Of a stretch of DNA of 64,000 nt, positions 1-12,258 are shown in pieces; position 1 is the first letter of the stretch; every line of letters starts with the position of its first letter. The stretch is taken from the NCBI RefSeq assembly GCF_018350175.1, contig NC_058368.1:200944001-201008000 (forward strand), written 5' to 3'. The position numbers and the translations under genes were made by a program. Origin of the DNA: Felis catus (taxonomy: Eukaryota). The notes under the pieces are model-generated. The model was not told the origin of the DNA. It made no database searches and was given only the letters and a program-made list of their open reading frames with translations.

Positions 1-72
1 TTTTTTTCTATTTTGAAACTACATGATTAATGTCTCCTGGATGTTTTACTTTGTTTAAATGCCCAGTTTTTA

Positions 73-298
73 TTTTTTTTAAAAAAATTTTTTTTCAACG
101 TTTATTTATTTTTGGGACAGAGAGAGACAGAGCATGAACGGGGGAGGGGCAGAGAGAGAGGGAGACACAGAATCGGAAACAGGCTCCAGGCTCCGAGCCA
201 TCAGCCCAGAGCCCGACGCGGGGCTCGAACTCACGGACCGCGAGATCGTGACCTGGCTGAAGTCGGACGCTTAACCGACTGCGCCACCCAGGCACCCC
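73..298 (-). mobile_element. Young felid CanSINE (SINEC_Fc-type), full length
   Basis: tRNA-derived head, (CT)n tract and A-tail on the minus strand; CpGs intact; 17-bp TSD taaatgcccagttttta at 56-72 and 299-315. Confidence 0.97.
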
Positions 299-568
299 TA
301 AATGCCCAGTTTTTAAAATGGAGTTTTAAAAACTTATGAAAAAATTAGATGCATCAAATCTGATCCTGTAAATGCAGAGGTTATAATTGATTATAATATG
401 ACAAATAGCAAAAGTATTATGATTAGATTTGAGACTCATTTGTTAAAGAAAGATGATGGAAAAAGGAGAAAAATGTCCTATTTGGTACAAATCATAAATA
501 TCAATAAGAAAAACCACAAAGAACCCCTAAATTCACCAGTTTTTTTAAAAAATCACCTAACTAGTAAA

Positions 569-751
569 CATGGTTGCCAGATTTAGTAAGTAAAAATATA
601 AGACTCCAAATTAAATTTGAATTTCAGATAAACAATAGTTTTTTTGAGTATAAGCTTGTCTTATGAATATTTGGGTCATACTCATATTGAACATGTATTT
701 GCTGTTCACTCATCTTGAACTAGGTATCCTGTATTTTATCTGGTAACTCTA
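569..751. mobile_element. MER53-like palindromic hAT MITE
   Basis: Terminal inverted repeats ggttgccagat...atctggtaactc; internal ttaaatttgaatttcagataaacaa matches the recalled MER53 consensus. Confidence 0.85.
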
Positions 752-1559
752 CCAGTAATATAAATATAAGTTAAATTCATTTAAAACCATGGTTTTATTA
801 AGCAAAACACTTCTTCAGGGAATTATTCTCTACCCTCTCAAGAATAATCCTCCCTGTGTAACACAGAATCCTGGTCCTACTTGTTAGGACACATTACGAA
901 TGACATCACTGTTTATCATTTCATACTCTGAGAAGGGAAAATTATGTTAAAACAATTGATGGAGATTTGGTAACATTTCAGCATTAATTGCCCTGAACAT
1001 AAACTGTATTTGCCTGCGTATAAAACTCAAAAGTTCTCTTATACAATTTTCTAGAAAAAAGTGAGATGGCTGTGTCTGTCTTTTTGTTTTGTTTTGTTTT
1101 GTTTTTATTTCACATGTAACTCACCTATGGCAATGCTCATCCAAAAATAAGAAAATGCTTGCTTCACAAGGCAATACCTAATCTACATCACATCCAAGAG
1201 AAAATATTATGAGGGTAAGGCTAGTGTTCATATATCACACAGATTCTCATGTTTTAAGTACAGAACGGCACAGGTTGATCTCACTAGATTGTTTAGTTAG
1301 AATATATCCATCAAATTCGCCCAAGTGATAGCCCAAAAATTGGATTTATATTTTTTCCTCTATTCTATGATTTCTCAAATCAAGAGAGGGACTGAATAAA
1401 TTTATAATGTCTCCAGCTGATTCATCCATTATTCAGCCCAAGAAAATATATGGGATGGTACCATATAAATATGCTACATACCATATCAGTGAAGCCTTCC
1501 TGGATGAGATGTTTCACTTTCTCTGCTTTCCCTAAATACATCTGTCAAGGCACTTTAAT

Positions 1560-1685
1560 AGCAATTAGTTTTTTACATGTCCGTCGTCCCCTACTAAACT
1601 ATGAACCCAAGCACTCCCATTTACCAAAGCTTAGCACAGATAGTTAGCCTTAACTAAATAAAACATCTGTTGAATAAATGAGTAC
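1560..1685 (+). mobile_element. L2 3' end fragment
   Basis: ctactaaactatgaa...cttagcacag...aaacatctgttgaataaatga resembles the L2 terminus. Confidence 0.55.
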
Positions 1686-1704
1686 ACAATTTAAAATAAT
1701 TATG

Positions 1705-1925
1705 GTAATAACACGTGCCATTTAGTGAGATCTTACCATGTGCCAGGTAACATGCTAACTTGGTAAAATGGATCAGTTTGCTTTCTTCTCACAACCTAAT
1801 AATGTAGCCACTATATACTTAACAGATAAAGATGCCAAGACTTGAAGCAGTTAGTCAATGACAGAGCTGGTATTTGAACTAAAATCCTTTTGTTTCCAGA
1901 GCTGAGAATACAGCTCTTAGCCACA
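1705..1925 (-). mobile_element. MIR
   Basis: cttaccatgtgccagg...aacagataaagatgccaagac...gagctggtatttgaact matches antisense MIR. Confidence 0.75.
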
Positions 1926-1959
1926 ATACTGCCCCTCTTAGCCACACTGCCTGTTGTTA

Positions 1960-2180
1960 GTCTCCCCATCCTGCCTTTTATCAGCTGCATGGTGTTGGGC
2001 CAATGGTGGAATAGCTCTATGCCTCAGTATCTTAACTTTCTTGTGCCTCAGCTTCCCAGCTATAAACTGGAGCTAGTGAGAATTACCTATTCATGAGATT
2101 ATATTGAGTTGTAAACGATTTATTGTCCCCAAAACACTTAGAACCAACCTGGCTCTTAGTACTGTGTGTAAGCAATTTTA
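1960..2180 (+). mobile_element. MIR
   Basis: cttaactttcttgtgcctcagcttcccagctataaactggag core; cacttagaacc...tggc 3' part. Confidence 0.75.
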
Positions 2181-4354
2181 TTAACATGTATCATATTATA
2201 CTGTATACATAGTATTTAAATTTTTGTCACTTATTTACCATTCTGCTTTTAGTTCTTGAATACGCTGCCAACTGCTATGTGTTCTTGACTCTGCAGTCAT
2301 ACCGGCACAATGATACACCAGCCCTGGTCACTTTTTATTTATTTCTTTATTTTGAGAAGATCAAATACCTCTCATACAAAGCTCAGGTTAAAACTGAGCA
2401 AGCCCCTACAGGTGTAACTTTGTGCTACCTAAACAGAAGAGATGAATAGAGAGGGTGGCTGAGTATTTCTGGGCGGAAACAGAATCAAAGAAGTGAATGG
2501 TCTCTGGCTCATGTGTCATATTATTACAAGGACAATTTGTTAGTCTACTATATTTGGTGGAATATTGTGTTTTGAACAAAGCAAGGAAATAGTAAAGTAA
2601 CATTCGCTAATTCACTGCAAGCATTAGATGTATTAGGTTAACATAGATTTAAATAATAATAGGATGAAGAGAAAAAAAGGAAATAGAGCTGCATTTCAAT
2701 GACATTGAATAGCAACTCTGTTTTTGGAAGGTCATTTTATCTTTCAATGGTGCCAGGTGTGAGATACAAGGAAGGCATACCTGAAGGACATTGCAAGAAA
2801 CAATGGAAATTTTTAAACAGAAGGACTCCTTGAACACTAGAATTAACCAATGTGATTTGTTGCTTTTCAATATACAAGATCCATTTGTTAACACTGAGCA
2901 AGAATTAGTTCTACGAGTAATTAGTGCAATAACTCCCACTAATCTTGATCTGTTATACCATACAATTTGCTCTTAATATTAAATAAAATATTAAAACGTG
3001 TGACTATTTTTATATCATCAGCCTTAAAAATCTCACTAAGTTATTTTAATCAATATACTTGTTTTAAGTAAAAGCCATTTAATCTCCTGACTTATACATT
3101 AACCTTCCATTAAGTATTAGTGAAGAAGTTAAATGCACCTTAGTCAATAATGCTAATGCAGGAACTGTTGTATTACCTATCGAGAAATGCGTATTCATAT
3201 TATGTTAAAGTGGCTATCCTTAACGATTAGCCATTACGTGTCAGGAAAGTGATAATAAATTTGAAATATTCCATGAGAAAATGAATTATAATGTTGAAAC
3301 TGAGTTCTCTGTACTGTAATAATTTTGAAATGAGGTCATCTGCTTCTTCTGGTCAGTGCCTTTTAAGGCAATGATATTGAAGTGATGAAGACACCCTCGG
3401 TGACACTTGAACCTCACCTTGCAGTTTCACATCTTGGTGGGTAATAAATGAGGCTGCTAATTGAAGCTGAGACATATGAATCTATTGATGGTAGTGTTTT
3501 AACAAGTACTCATTTTGTGTAAATAATGTGCCGATATCTGTAAGCTGCTTTATAGTAATGTAGAATTTCTTCTGCTTAAAAACCACGTTGCATATTTTTG
3601 TCTACCCCTTTCTCACGAAATGATCTGTATTTTCAATCCCCCTGCCTGCGCATTCTTGTATTCCTCTCGCATTTTTCTACAAATTTCCTCCCATCAAACT
3701 CTTCCAGTATGTTAAAATTATCAATATAAATCCTAATCGTTTACAGGAGCACACAAATGCACTTTCTTTTTCACTGGAGAAAACTGGTATTCCTAGATAA
3801 GAAGCTGCTATTTCGATCGTCAAGGAAAATGTGTAGGATCTAAAAAGCGTTTTTCCAGATGTCTTCTTCCACTGTTGCAATTAAAAATGCAGATGCTTAT
3901 TTATTGTCATGTTTGTGTATCCACAAATTGTCTTCATGTGTGTGTTATTAAGCATAACAAATATTATTTCATGACTTAAGAAAAATAACTAGATGTTGGG
4001 AAGTTGTCACAAATCAATTCAGATTAAATGGCTTATTGTTCTTGTCTTTGCCACCTGTAGGTGTCCTTGCAATACCTTAGGAAAAGAGGCTAATATTTTG
4101 AATAATATATATAAGATGTATGTATATGTATGTATTTTATTTATTTTCAAGTTTCTAAGTAAAATGTGTAAACTCTAAATAGCCCACTAAAAAATGTGTC
4201 TAAATTTTCTTAAGGCAAGAATAGCCTTTGACTTATTGCTTTAAAGGAACAAAACAGAATTAATGCCTAACCTGATCATTGGTAAAATGTTTTCAATCTT
4301 GTGGTTCTACTTTATGCCTAACAAACAGGCCATCTAAAATTGCCCCAAGGTTGA

Positions 4355-4534
4355 GGGTCTCCTTGGTGGCTCAATTGGTTAGGCATCTGACTCCTGGTTT
4401 CCGCTCAGATCAAGATCTCATGGTTTTTGAGTTCGAGCCCTGAGTAGCGGCTCTCTCTCCCTCTCTCTCTGCCCCTCCTGGGCTCTCTCTCTCTTTCAAA
4501 ATAAATAGATAAACTTAAGAAAATAAAAAAAAAA
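4355..4534 (+). mobile_element. Older CanSINE with internal deletion
   Basis: Head ggtggctcaattggttaggcatctgactc, B-box gttcgagccc, CT tract, A-tail; degenerate TSD taaaattg..aagg.tga. Confidence 0.9.
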
Positions 4535-5074
4535 TAAAATTGTTCTAAGGCTGATATTAATTCAATAATGGCTCTATTTCCATGCTAATTACTTAAAATC
4601 TCAGTTCTTCCCTCTGGCGAATATATTTCCATGCATTTTGTATATCATCAGTTATTAAATAAAGTCATTACTTTTGGAGTTACATCATAAATATTTTATC
4701 ACTTATTTGCTGTATATTATAATAAGCATAGCTCTAAAAGTACTTTATTTTGTACTAATAAATAATTCTAATTAGTTTATTTTTGGAAAACTATATTAGT
4801 GAGTAAAGAATTTATTCTGGGCACCCATAGTTCATAACCATCAGCATATAATTTTTATTCCATTTGAGGGTGGGTTAAATAATGTTTCACTATACTTTTA
4901 TCAATAAAAATACCCTAAAATACTCGAAGAATTTCAAACTTGCAAACATTTTTGTCTATAAAAAAAGAAATAAAAAGGATAACAGGACAATAAAATTTAT
5001 ACATAGTGTTCATAAATGTGTTTATCTTACAGAATTGCTTTATTATTCTGTTGAACTGTTAAAAGCCACACATT

Positions 5075-5290
5075 GAATACTAACCACATTGCAGACAAAG
5101 CTTTATGTAGTTTCTGTGTTTCAATTTATTTTAGCCTCATAATATCATAAGTCATATCTACCATTTTCTTTCTTACAAATGGAGAAATGGAATTACAGAG
5201 AAGGTAAGTAAGTTCCCCCACAAAGATACATAGTGGTGTGGCCGGATGTGAAGTTGGGCAATTCGCTTTACAGTCCATGCTTAAAAATTC
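5075..5290 (-). mobile_element. MIR
   Basis: ttacaaatggagaaatggaattacagagaaggtaagtaagtt is an antisense MIR core. Confidence 0.7.
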
Positions 5291-7068
5291 CCTGTATATA
5301 ACTCAATGTATTGTAATTAAATGCAATGTAGAAAGGTCTTATAATTATGTCAAAGATTCTTCTTGAACATTTTCTTTTTATTGAAGAATGGGTTTGATAA
5401 AAAGTGAAATTATAGAAACAAAGAATCTTTGTGGGTAAATTCTTACAGAGCCACCTTGTCTCACTATTTTGGGGCAGCAAAGCAGGGATAGTACATTCTG
5501 TAACATGTCTTTATCACCAACTTTTATTCCATATGATTCACTTACTCCATATTATTCTTTGAGAAGAAACAAGCAGATGGAAATATTTCTTACTACATTA
5601 ATTCCTCAGAAAGCTCTGTGAATAACAAGATAACAGAAAATGAGACCGAGGTCGGCAAAAGTCAGAGTATGTATTTAGAGGACTAGAATCCAAACTGCAT
5701 TGTAACTCGATAGAGATCAAGTAATTAGTTACATCCTAAAGATGTCAGGCTGTCTGGGTAAAAGATCAGTACTCTAGCTCCTAGTAGCATCAGGAGAGAC
5801 TATAGAAACAAAAGCCAAAACATTATCTTCCCATGAATCACCTGCACCTGGAATAAATGGACACATCCCAAAGAAGAGCAAATAATATGATCAATGGATA
5901 GAGATAAAAAGAATACGCTTATCATACTAAGACTTTAAATTGTGGAGAGGCAAAGACGGAGGCAGGATATCAATGGGACCCATAACATTACAAAAAGGGA
6001 TGCACTGATTACACACCCTTTCCTGAGGAAAAGGTAAAGTATAGAGGCATTTGTTTAGGCTTAAAATACTCAGTTGGAAAATAAAATAAAGGAATGATTT
6101 AATTTTAAAAGGCAAGTTGGTAGATACAACTCTTCATTCTATGAAATAATGAGGAAAATGTATATGGATAGGATGATAGCTATTAACAGAAGGTAGGAGA
6201 CTTTATTGAAATATTTTTTTTAACTTTTTAATAACAACATGAATATCCTATCTGGCTTTCTACAAATTAGCTAGTTATTTCCAGAGATGAAATATCAGAT
6301 TAGATGAACCTTGTTTACTCAGCATGAAATTAACTATGCCCTTATGCTTCATGTCTATTTCAATTTTATTTCCATTCATGTTTCTGTAAGTTCAACCCAG
6401 GAATTCTCTGAGATTTTACACAGACTTACAGTTGCTTTGATAAGGTGAATGACAGGTATGTAAAAATGATAAAATTATTAAAAGATGAGTATAGATCAGA
6501 TAGATGAATAGATAGATAGGTTATAGATAACAGATAATTTATACATGACAAAAGTGATCAATTTAAGGAATATTCATCTTTTCTAAGAGGAACAAATTTT
6601 TATTATATTTATTACCAATAAGATAACAAAGTGATATATATTTATTGGCATGGATTGTCAAGTTTTTCAAAATTATGTAGCTTTCCTCTTTTATTTCTCT
6701 TAATGACTATTTTGTTGATAACATGCTATTTCCTTCTAGCTACTTCCTAATTGTAATTTAAGTAATTTTACAGGCTATATTGATTTTCAGGTACCAGGGT
6801 ACTACTCAACAAATAGAAATTCATTCCATAATATTCTAAATAGATTTAAGTATTATACATTTCACGATGATGTAAAGGTGTGAAAAGAATATCATATATT
6901 CATCCATGTAAGCAGTATATCTGTTAACGAAAGGGAAATTGTACCTAGAAATACAATCAGGTAGACTTTTTATATTTTCTTTATAAACCATTAACTTGAC
7001 ACATAATCTTCTTGTTAATAGCAGTTAGTGTAAAGTTACATAGCTTTATGATATTATTGAAATGATAT

Positions 7069-7075
<7 letters not shown>

Positions 7076-7108
<33 letters not shown>

Positions 7109-7302
7109 TTAATGTTTATTTTTGAGACAGAGAGAGAGAGACAGATCATGAGCGGGGGAGGAGTAGAGACAGAGGCAGACAGAATCTGAAGCAGGCTCCA
7201 GGCTCTGAGCTGTCAGCACAGAGCCTGATGCAGGGATCAAACATGAGATCATGACCTGAGCAGAAGTCAGACGCTTAACCGACTGAGCCACCCAGGCACC
7301 CC
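7076..7302 (-). mobile_element. CanSINE whose tail has become a (TA)n microsatellite
   Basis: Typical body at 7108-7302; (TA)n at ~7072-7105; TSD atgatatgactata at 7062-7075 and 7307-7320. Confidence 0.95.
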
Positions 7303-8961
7303 AATGATGATATGACTATAACATAATACTCGCATTCCCATTCTTCTCAGTCTCTTTTCCTGATTCTTCCATTGCTGCCCTCCCTTTTCAGCTTGCCCTC
7401 TGAGCCCAGATTTAATTTTTAAGAAATATGTTTTTGATTGTTACCTTCCTCTCAAACTACACCTGTTGTCTCCTTGTTTAACTAATGCTTAGCTTGTTCT
7501 AGGACTTTACCCCTTCCCAGATATTCTTAATTCTCACTATGACATTTTATCTTTTACTCTTCTCCCTTGTTCAAATATCCTCTTTTGTTTCACCACACTG
7601 CTCTATATTACTCCCAGCCATTTACCTCATTTGCATCACACTGGAAACAAAGCTCATCAATCTTTTTCTTCATTGATGGCCTACTATTGTGTGAGAACTG
7701 TTGATCAAAAGGGCAGTCAAGGTGTAGGAGGAGACTATTTTGGGGTTGGCTCCATAAAATGGAAGAAGTTAACTTAGTAAAACCAGGGAACACTCATTAG
7801 CCAAAGGACTTTGTGGAAGGAGAAAGAACTTCCAGGTATTCTCATTAGTGAGTCTCCCCCCTGACTTTACCCAAAATTATCTTTAGATAATAAATCATAT
7901 ATGGTTTTCTATCCATTGTTTTAATATGTCAGCTTTGGTGTGACTGCTTGAAAACAAACCACAGTACAGATGAATGCAAGACCAATTGAGCAAGTTCCCT
8001 TCCTCCTGGTGCCAAGAGTTTAGAGTCATCCTGCACACTGCTGACGGCACTGTTCTTCCTGCACAGCCATCACTGGGGAGCATTCCTTTCTGTCCTCTAC
8101 TGCTCCTTCTTCGGGTTGATCCTGAGCTCAAGTTTTGTGACTTTCTGGACACCAGTTTCCTTCCTTTCAAACCCGCTTTTGAAATAGCATTACTTATTGA
8201 ATTCCTTCACTTTGTTTCCCTCTGAAACTTTCTGTTCCAACACCAGTTTCTATTGCCTGCCATCTTTCCTGGTGTCCAACACTCTTACTCCCAGAATGCC
8301 CTTTTTCTCTGTCCATCGCTATCCTTACAGCGGTTTTTTTTGTTTTGTTTTCCTTATCGAGCCTACGCTATAGTTCTTCAAAGACAAGCACCAGTATGTT
8401 CACTAGTGTGGTCCTTATATTTTCCAACTGCACCTGCCAGACAAAGCCTCAAAGTTGACTCAGTTGCTGCATGTGCTTTTCCATTTTTATACCCCAGCTG
8501 CCTGCAGGGAGAGAAAATGAGGAGATTTTTGCCAATTACTTATGTCGTATCAAATAGCAAACAGAAAAAAAGAAATGTGCTTTGCCCAGAAGGAATTTAC
8601 AATTACCCAGTCATGCAGATATACACTAAACCTTAGAATTCCATTTTACCACTTTTTAATCTATATTTATTACACTCTCTCTTTTATTCTTCACAGAAAT
8701 ACCACCTTTCTTTAAACCATCAGTATCTCTCAGGAAATAACCTTTCACCCTCATTGAGAAAATCAAGGCCAACATATATGAACATATTCAACTTCTTCTC
8801 CATCATTTTGTTTAAGGTTAATCTTTTGTTATGAGTCTCAGTTTCTTCCTTCTGCACTCCACCACCAATCTTTACTTGGTCAGTTATTTCTTAGCTGTCT
8901 ATCTTTCATTTTTTCTTAATACTGCCTTTTTCTCATCAGAATATATTTATAAATTTCACAT

Positions 8962-9178
8962 TTAAACATTTGTCAATGTTTATTTTTGAAAGAGAGAGAG
9001 AGAGAGAGCAAGAGCAAGAGCAGGGGAGGGGCAGAGAGAGAGGAAGAAACAAAATCTGAAGCAGGCTCCAGGCTCTGAGCTGTCAGCACAGAGCCCAGTG
9101 TGGGGCTGGAACTAGTGAACCTCGAGATCACGACCTGAGCCGAAGTTGGATGCTCACCCGACTGAGCTATCCAGGCGC
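8962..9178 (-). mobile_element. CanSINE
   Basis: Full antisense body ending ccaggcgc; degenerate TSD aatttca[c/t]attt. Confidence 0.95.
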
Positions 9179-9209
9179 TATCAATTTCATATTTTAAAAA
9201 AGAGTACAA

Positions 9210-9339
9210 GGGGGCATCTGGGTGGCTCAGTCAGTTAAGTGTCTGACTCTTGATCTCAGCTCAGGTCATGATAGATCTCACAGTTTGTGAGATTGAGCCC
9301 CACATTGGGCTCTGCACTGGTATCATGAGCCTACTTGGG

Positions 9340-9382
<43 letters not shown>

Positions 9383-9461
9383 GTCTCTTCTTTCCTCCCA
9401 CTAGAGTGTGCATGCATGAGCTCTCTCTATCTCAAAATAAATTATTGAACATTTAAAAAAA
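9210..9461 (+). mobile_element. CanSINE
   Basis: gggggcatctgggtggctcagtcagttaag head, long (CT)n, A-rich tail. Confidence 0.95.
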
Positions 9462-9469
9462 CATTTTTG

Positions 9470-9680
9470 TGCTAGTTATTTGAGCATGCTAGGCTCTGTG
9501 ATAAATCCTTTACGTATTTTATTTCCTCCTCATAATGACTCAAGAAATGTAGAATATTATCATTACTTTATAGATGTTGAAATTGGGACTTAACAGAAGT
9601 AAGTCACACACAATATAGTAAAAATGAAGTTTGAGTCCTGGTCCCTATTTGTTCCAAAGACCAAGCTTTTTACCACTAGA
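9470..9680 (-). mobile_element. MIR
   Basis: ctttatagatgttgaaattgggacttaacagaagtaag...ttccaaagaccaagctttttaccacta. Confidence 0.7.
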
Positions 9681-9717
9681 TATTTACTTGTTCTTTTCTC
9701 TTCTTGATGATTTCATC

Positions 9718-10056
9718 TGTCACCTGGTTAGTTTATGTGTCAGCTTGGCTAGTTTATAGCACCTAGTTATTTTATCAAACACTAATCTAGGTGTTGCTGT
9801 GGAGGTATTGTGTAGATGTAGTTAACATCTAAAATCAGTCAACTTTAAATAAAGTGGATTACTCTCTATAATGTGGTGGGGCTCATCTAATGATTTGAAA
9901 GGCCTTAAGAGCAAAAACTGAGGTTTCTTGAAGAAATAAAATTTATCCTTAATGCTATACCTCAGCTCTTGCCTGAATTGCCAGCCTGCAAAACTGCCCT
10001 ACAGATTTTGGACTTGTTAACCCCCATAATTATGTGACCCAATTCTTTTTTAAAAA

Positions 10057-10096
<40 letters not shown>

Positions 10097-10138
10097 TCTA
10101 TTCACCAATGGTTCTTTGGAGAACTCTTAACTGATACA
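9718..10138 (+). mobile_element. MLT2D-like ERVL solo LTR with internal (CA)n
   Basis: ggttagtttatgtgtcagcttggc start, aaacactaatctaggtgttgctgtg, ctgccctacagattttggacttg, ends ctgataca; (CA)n at 10058-10095. Confidence 0.85.
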
Positions 10139-10662
10139 TATAGCAGTGACTTTTATCCGTATCTTCAACCCTTAACTCTTGCTTCCATATCTAGATATTT
10201 AACTGTCTATTGTGTTTCTCTGTACAGGTGATGAAAAGGAAATTAAGTTCACATCATTGTATTTTCTTCTCCACTCCTTTCCCAGTGTGTATCTCCTCCT
10301 ATGGCTCGAACTTGGTGAATGGCAACACCTACTTAATGGCCAAACCAGACCCTCTGCCTTACCCTGAATCCCTCATGTATTGTTTGAGCAAATATTTCTC
10401 CTTGTCTCTTTTTAATCTGTTGTCAGCCTTCAGTCAATTTGTCAATAACTTTGTTTAGACCACCATCATTTTTGTCTTCATTATTACCATGACACCCCCT
10501 TAGAATGATTTCTGTTTTCCTGATTGAATCTGAATTAATATACTTCTCAAATCATTCTCAGTTTGAGACAGTTGCCCCTTCTGGCTTATATCTCCCATGG
10601 TTTACCTCTATCATAGTAATTATCACACTGGCTTATAATTCCACCATTAAAAGTTTATTTTT

Positions 10663-10882
10663 GGGGAGTGCCTGAGTGGCTCAGTTGGTTAAGTGTCCAA
10701 CTTTGGCTCAGGTCATGATCTCATGGTTCATGGGTTCGAGCCCTGCATCGGGTTCTGTGCAGACAACTCAGAGCCTGGAGCCTGCTTCCGATTCTGTGTC
10801 TCCTTCCCTATCTACCCCTCCTCTGCTCACATTCTGTCTGTCTGTCTCCCTCTCTCTCTCAAAAATAAATAAACCTAAAAAA
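10663..10882 (+). mobile_element. CanSINE
   Basis: Full body with A/B boxes, CT tract and aaaataaataaa tail. Confidence 0.95.
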
Positions 10883-11059
10883 TTTTTCCCCTGATATACC
10901 GTAAGGTTCATATTTTGTTCATCTTTGTATCTCTAGTGCCCAGTGCAGTGGTTGGCATATAGAAGAGACCAACAAAGTAAAATGAGCAGTGAAAGAATAT
11001 TATTAATATTTCAGTAAGAAGTAAAGAACAGATTACACATTTCAGTGAATATTGATGAG

Positions 11060-11447
11060 AGCCACAGATAGCTGCCTTCAAAATACTTGTTCTCTTCTAT
11101 GATTTAAAGTTGCTAAGTAGTTGCTGGCCAGATGGACACCATATTTCCCAGCTTCCTTTTCATGTAGATGTGGAAATGCAACTACTTTTTTCCAATGAGC
11201 TGAAGTTTCTTTGAGAAGTAGGTAAGACTCTTCCATATTCTTCTTCTTCTTGTCATATGCAGACCCTGAGTCATGACAAGCTATGCATTGGGAGGAGCCT
11301 GGATCTCTGAATCACCACATGGAGGAAAGCACTTGCTGACCTCATTGTAAGTTTGTGTGAGCAGAAATCAAACACAGGCATCTGTTACAGCACTGAAATT
11401 TTGAGGGACTACTTTTCAGAGCAGCTATTTTTTCTAATTAATGTAAC
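11060..11447 (+). mobile_element. MLT1 (MaLR) LTR, MLT1J/I-like
   Basis: catatttcccagcttcc...ccaatgag; ggaggagcctggatctctgaatcaccacatggag; ttacagcactgaaattttgaggg. Confidence 0.7.
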
Positions 11448-11748
11448 ATTCAACCTAAAATTTAAAAAGCATATATTTATGATATGTGATTCAATGACAT
11501 TGAAAATATAAAATTGAAGTTATCAGCCTTCATTATCTCCATATCATCATCTCCATCAACTTTACCTAAACCGAGTGTAAAAGCTTAAAAAGCCACTGAT
11601 TTTGGTGACAGCATTTGGATATACTCCCACTCTTTCTCCACACCGTGTGACTGTATTAATTTTTGAGAGCTAACACAGAATTCAGCCAATTTCAGAAAAC
11701 ACAGTTGAAAATTCAAATTTTATCACTATCTGAAGTTTCCTTATTTCT

Positions 11749-11778
11749 TTTTTTTTTAATTTTTTTAGTTTATTTATT

Positions 11779-11810
<32 letters not shown>

Positions 11811-11974
11811 CAAGCAGGGGAGGGGCAGAGAGAGAGGGAGACACAGAATCCGAAGCAGGCTGCAGGCTCTGAGCTGTCAGCACAGAGCCTGAGGTGGGGC
11901 TCAAACTCACCAGCTGTGGGATCATGACCTAAGCCAAAGTGGGCACTTAACCGACTGAGACACCCAGGTGCCCC
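11749..11974 (-). mobile_element. CanSINE
   Basis: 18-bp TSD tgaagtttccttatttct at 11731-11748 and 11975-11992. Confidence 0.97.
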
Positions 11975-12056
11975 TGAAGTTTCCTTATTTCTAAAATGAT
12001 AATAGCTATATCCTGATTGGCTGTCCCGAAAATGCCATTTTTAAAACTTTACTTGA

Positions 12057-12258
12057 GGAGTGCCTGGATGGCTCAGTCGGTTAAGAGTCCAACCTCAGGT
12101 CATGATCTCCCTGTTCCTGAGTTCCAGTCCCTCATCGGGCTCTGCGCTGACAACTCAGAGCCTGGAGCTTGTTTCAGGTTCTGTGTCTCCCTCTCTCTCT
12201 GCCTCTACCCTGCTCATACTGTTTCTCTCTCTCATAAATAAATAAACCTTAAAAAAAT
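12057..12258 (+). mobile_element. CanSINE
   Basis: Full body; TSD-like acttta[c/t]ttga on both flanks. Confidence 0.95.

Larger units (their letters stand above)
8700..10990 (+). mobile_element. Fragmented L2, interrupted by three SINEs, a MIR and MLT2D
   Basis: L2-like pieces ccctcattgagaaaatcaagg (8748), tcttcaacccttaactct (10162) and 3' end ctttgtatctctagtgcccagtgcagtggttggcatatag (10923). Confidence 0.65.

Noticed and set aside
95..339. Recurring 60-160 aa ORFs such as MGQRETEHERGRGRERG..., MAQSVK... and ...EPGACFRFCVSLSL...
   Set aside because: They are translations of CanSINE bodies, repeated at many SINE copies, not genes.
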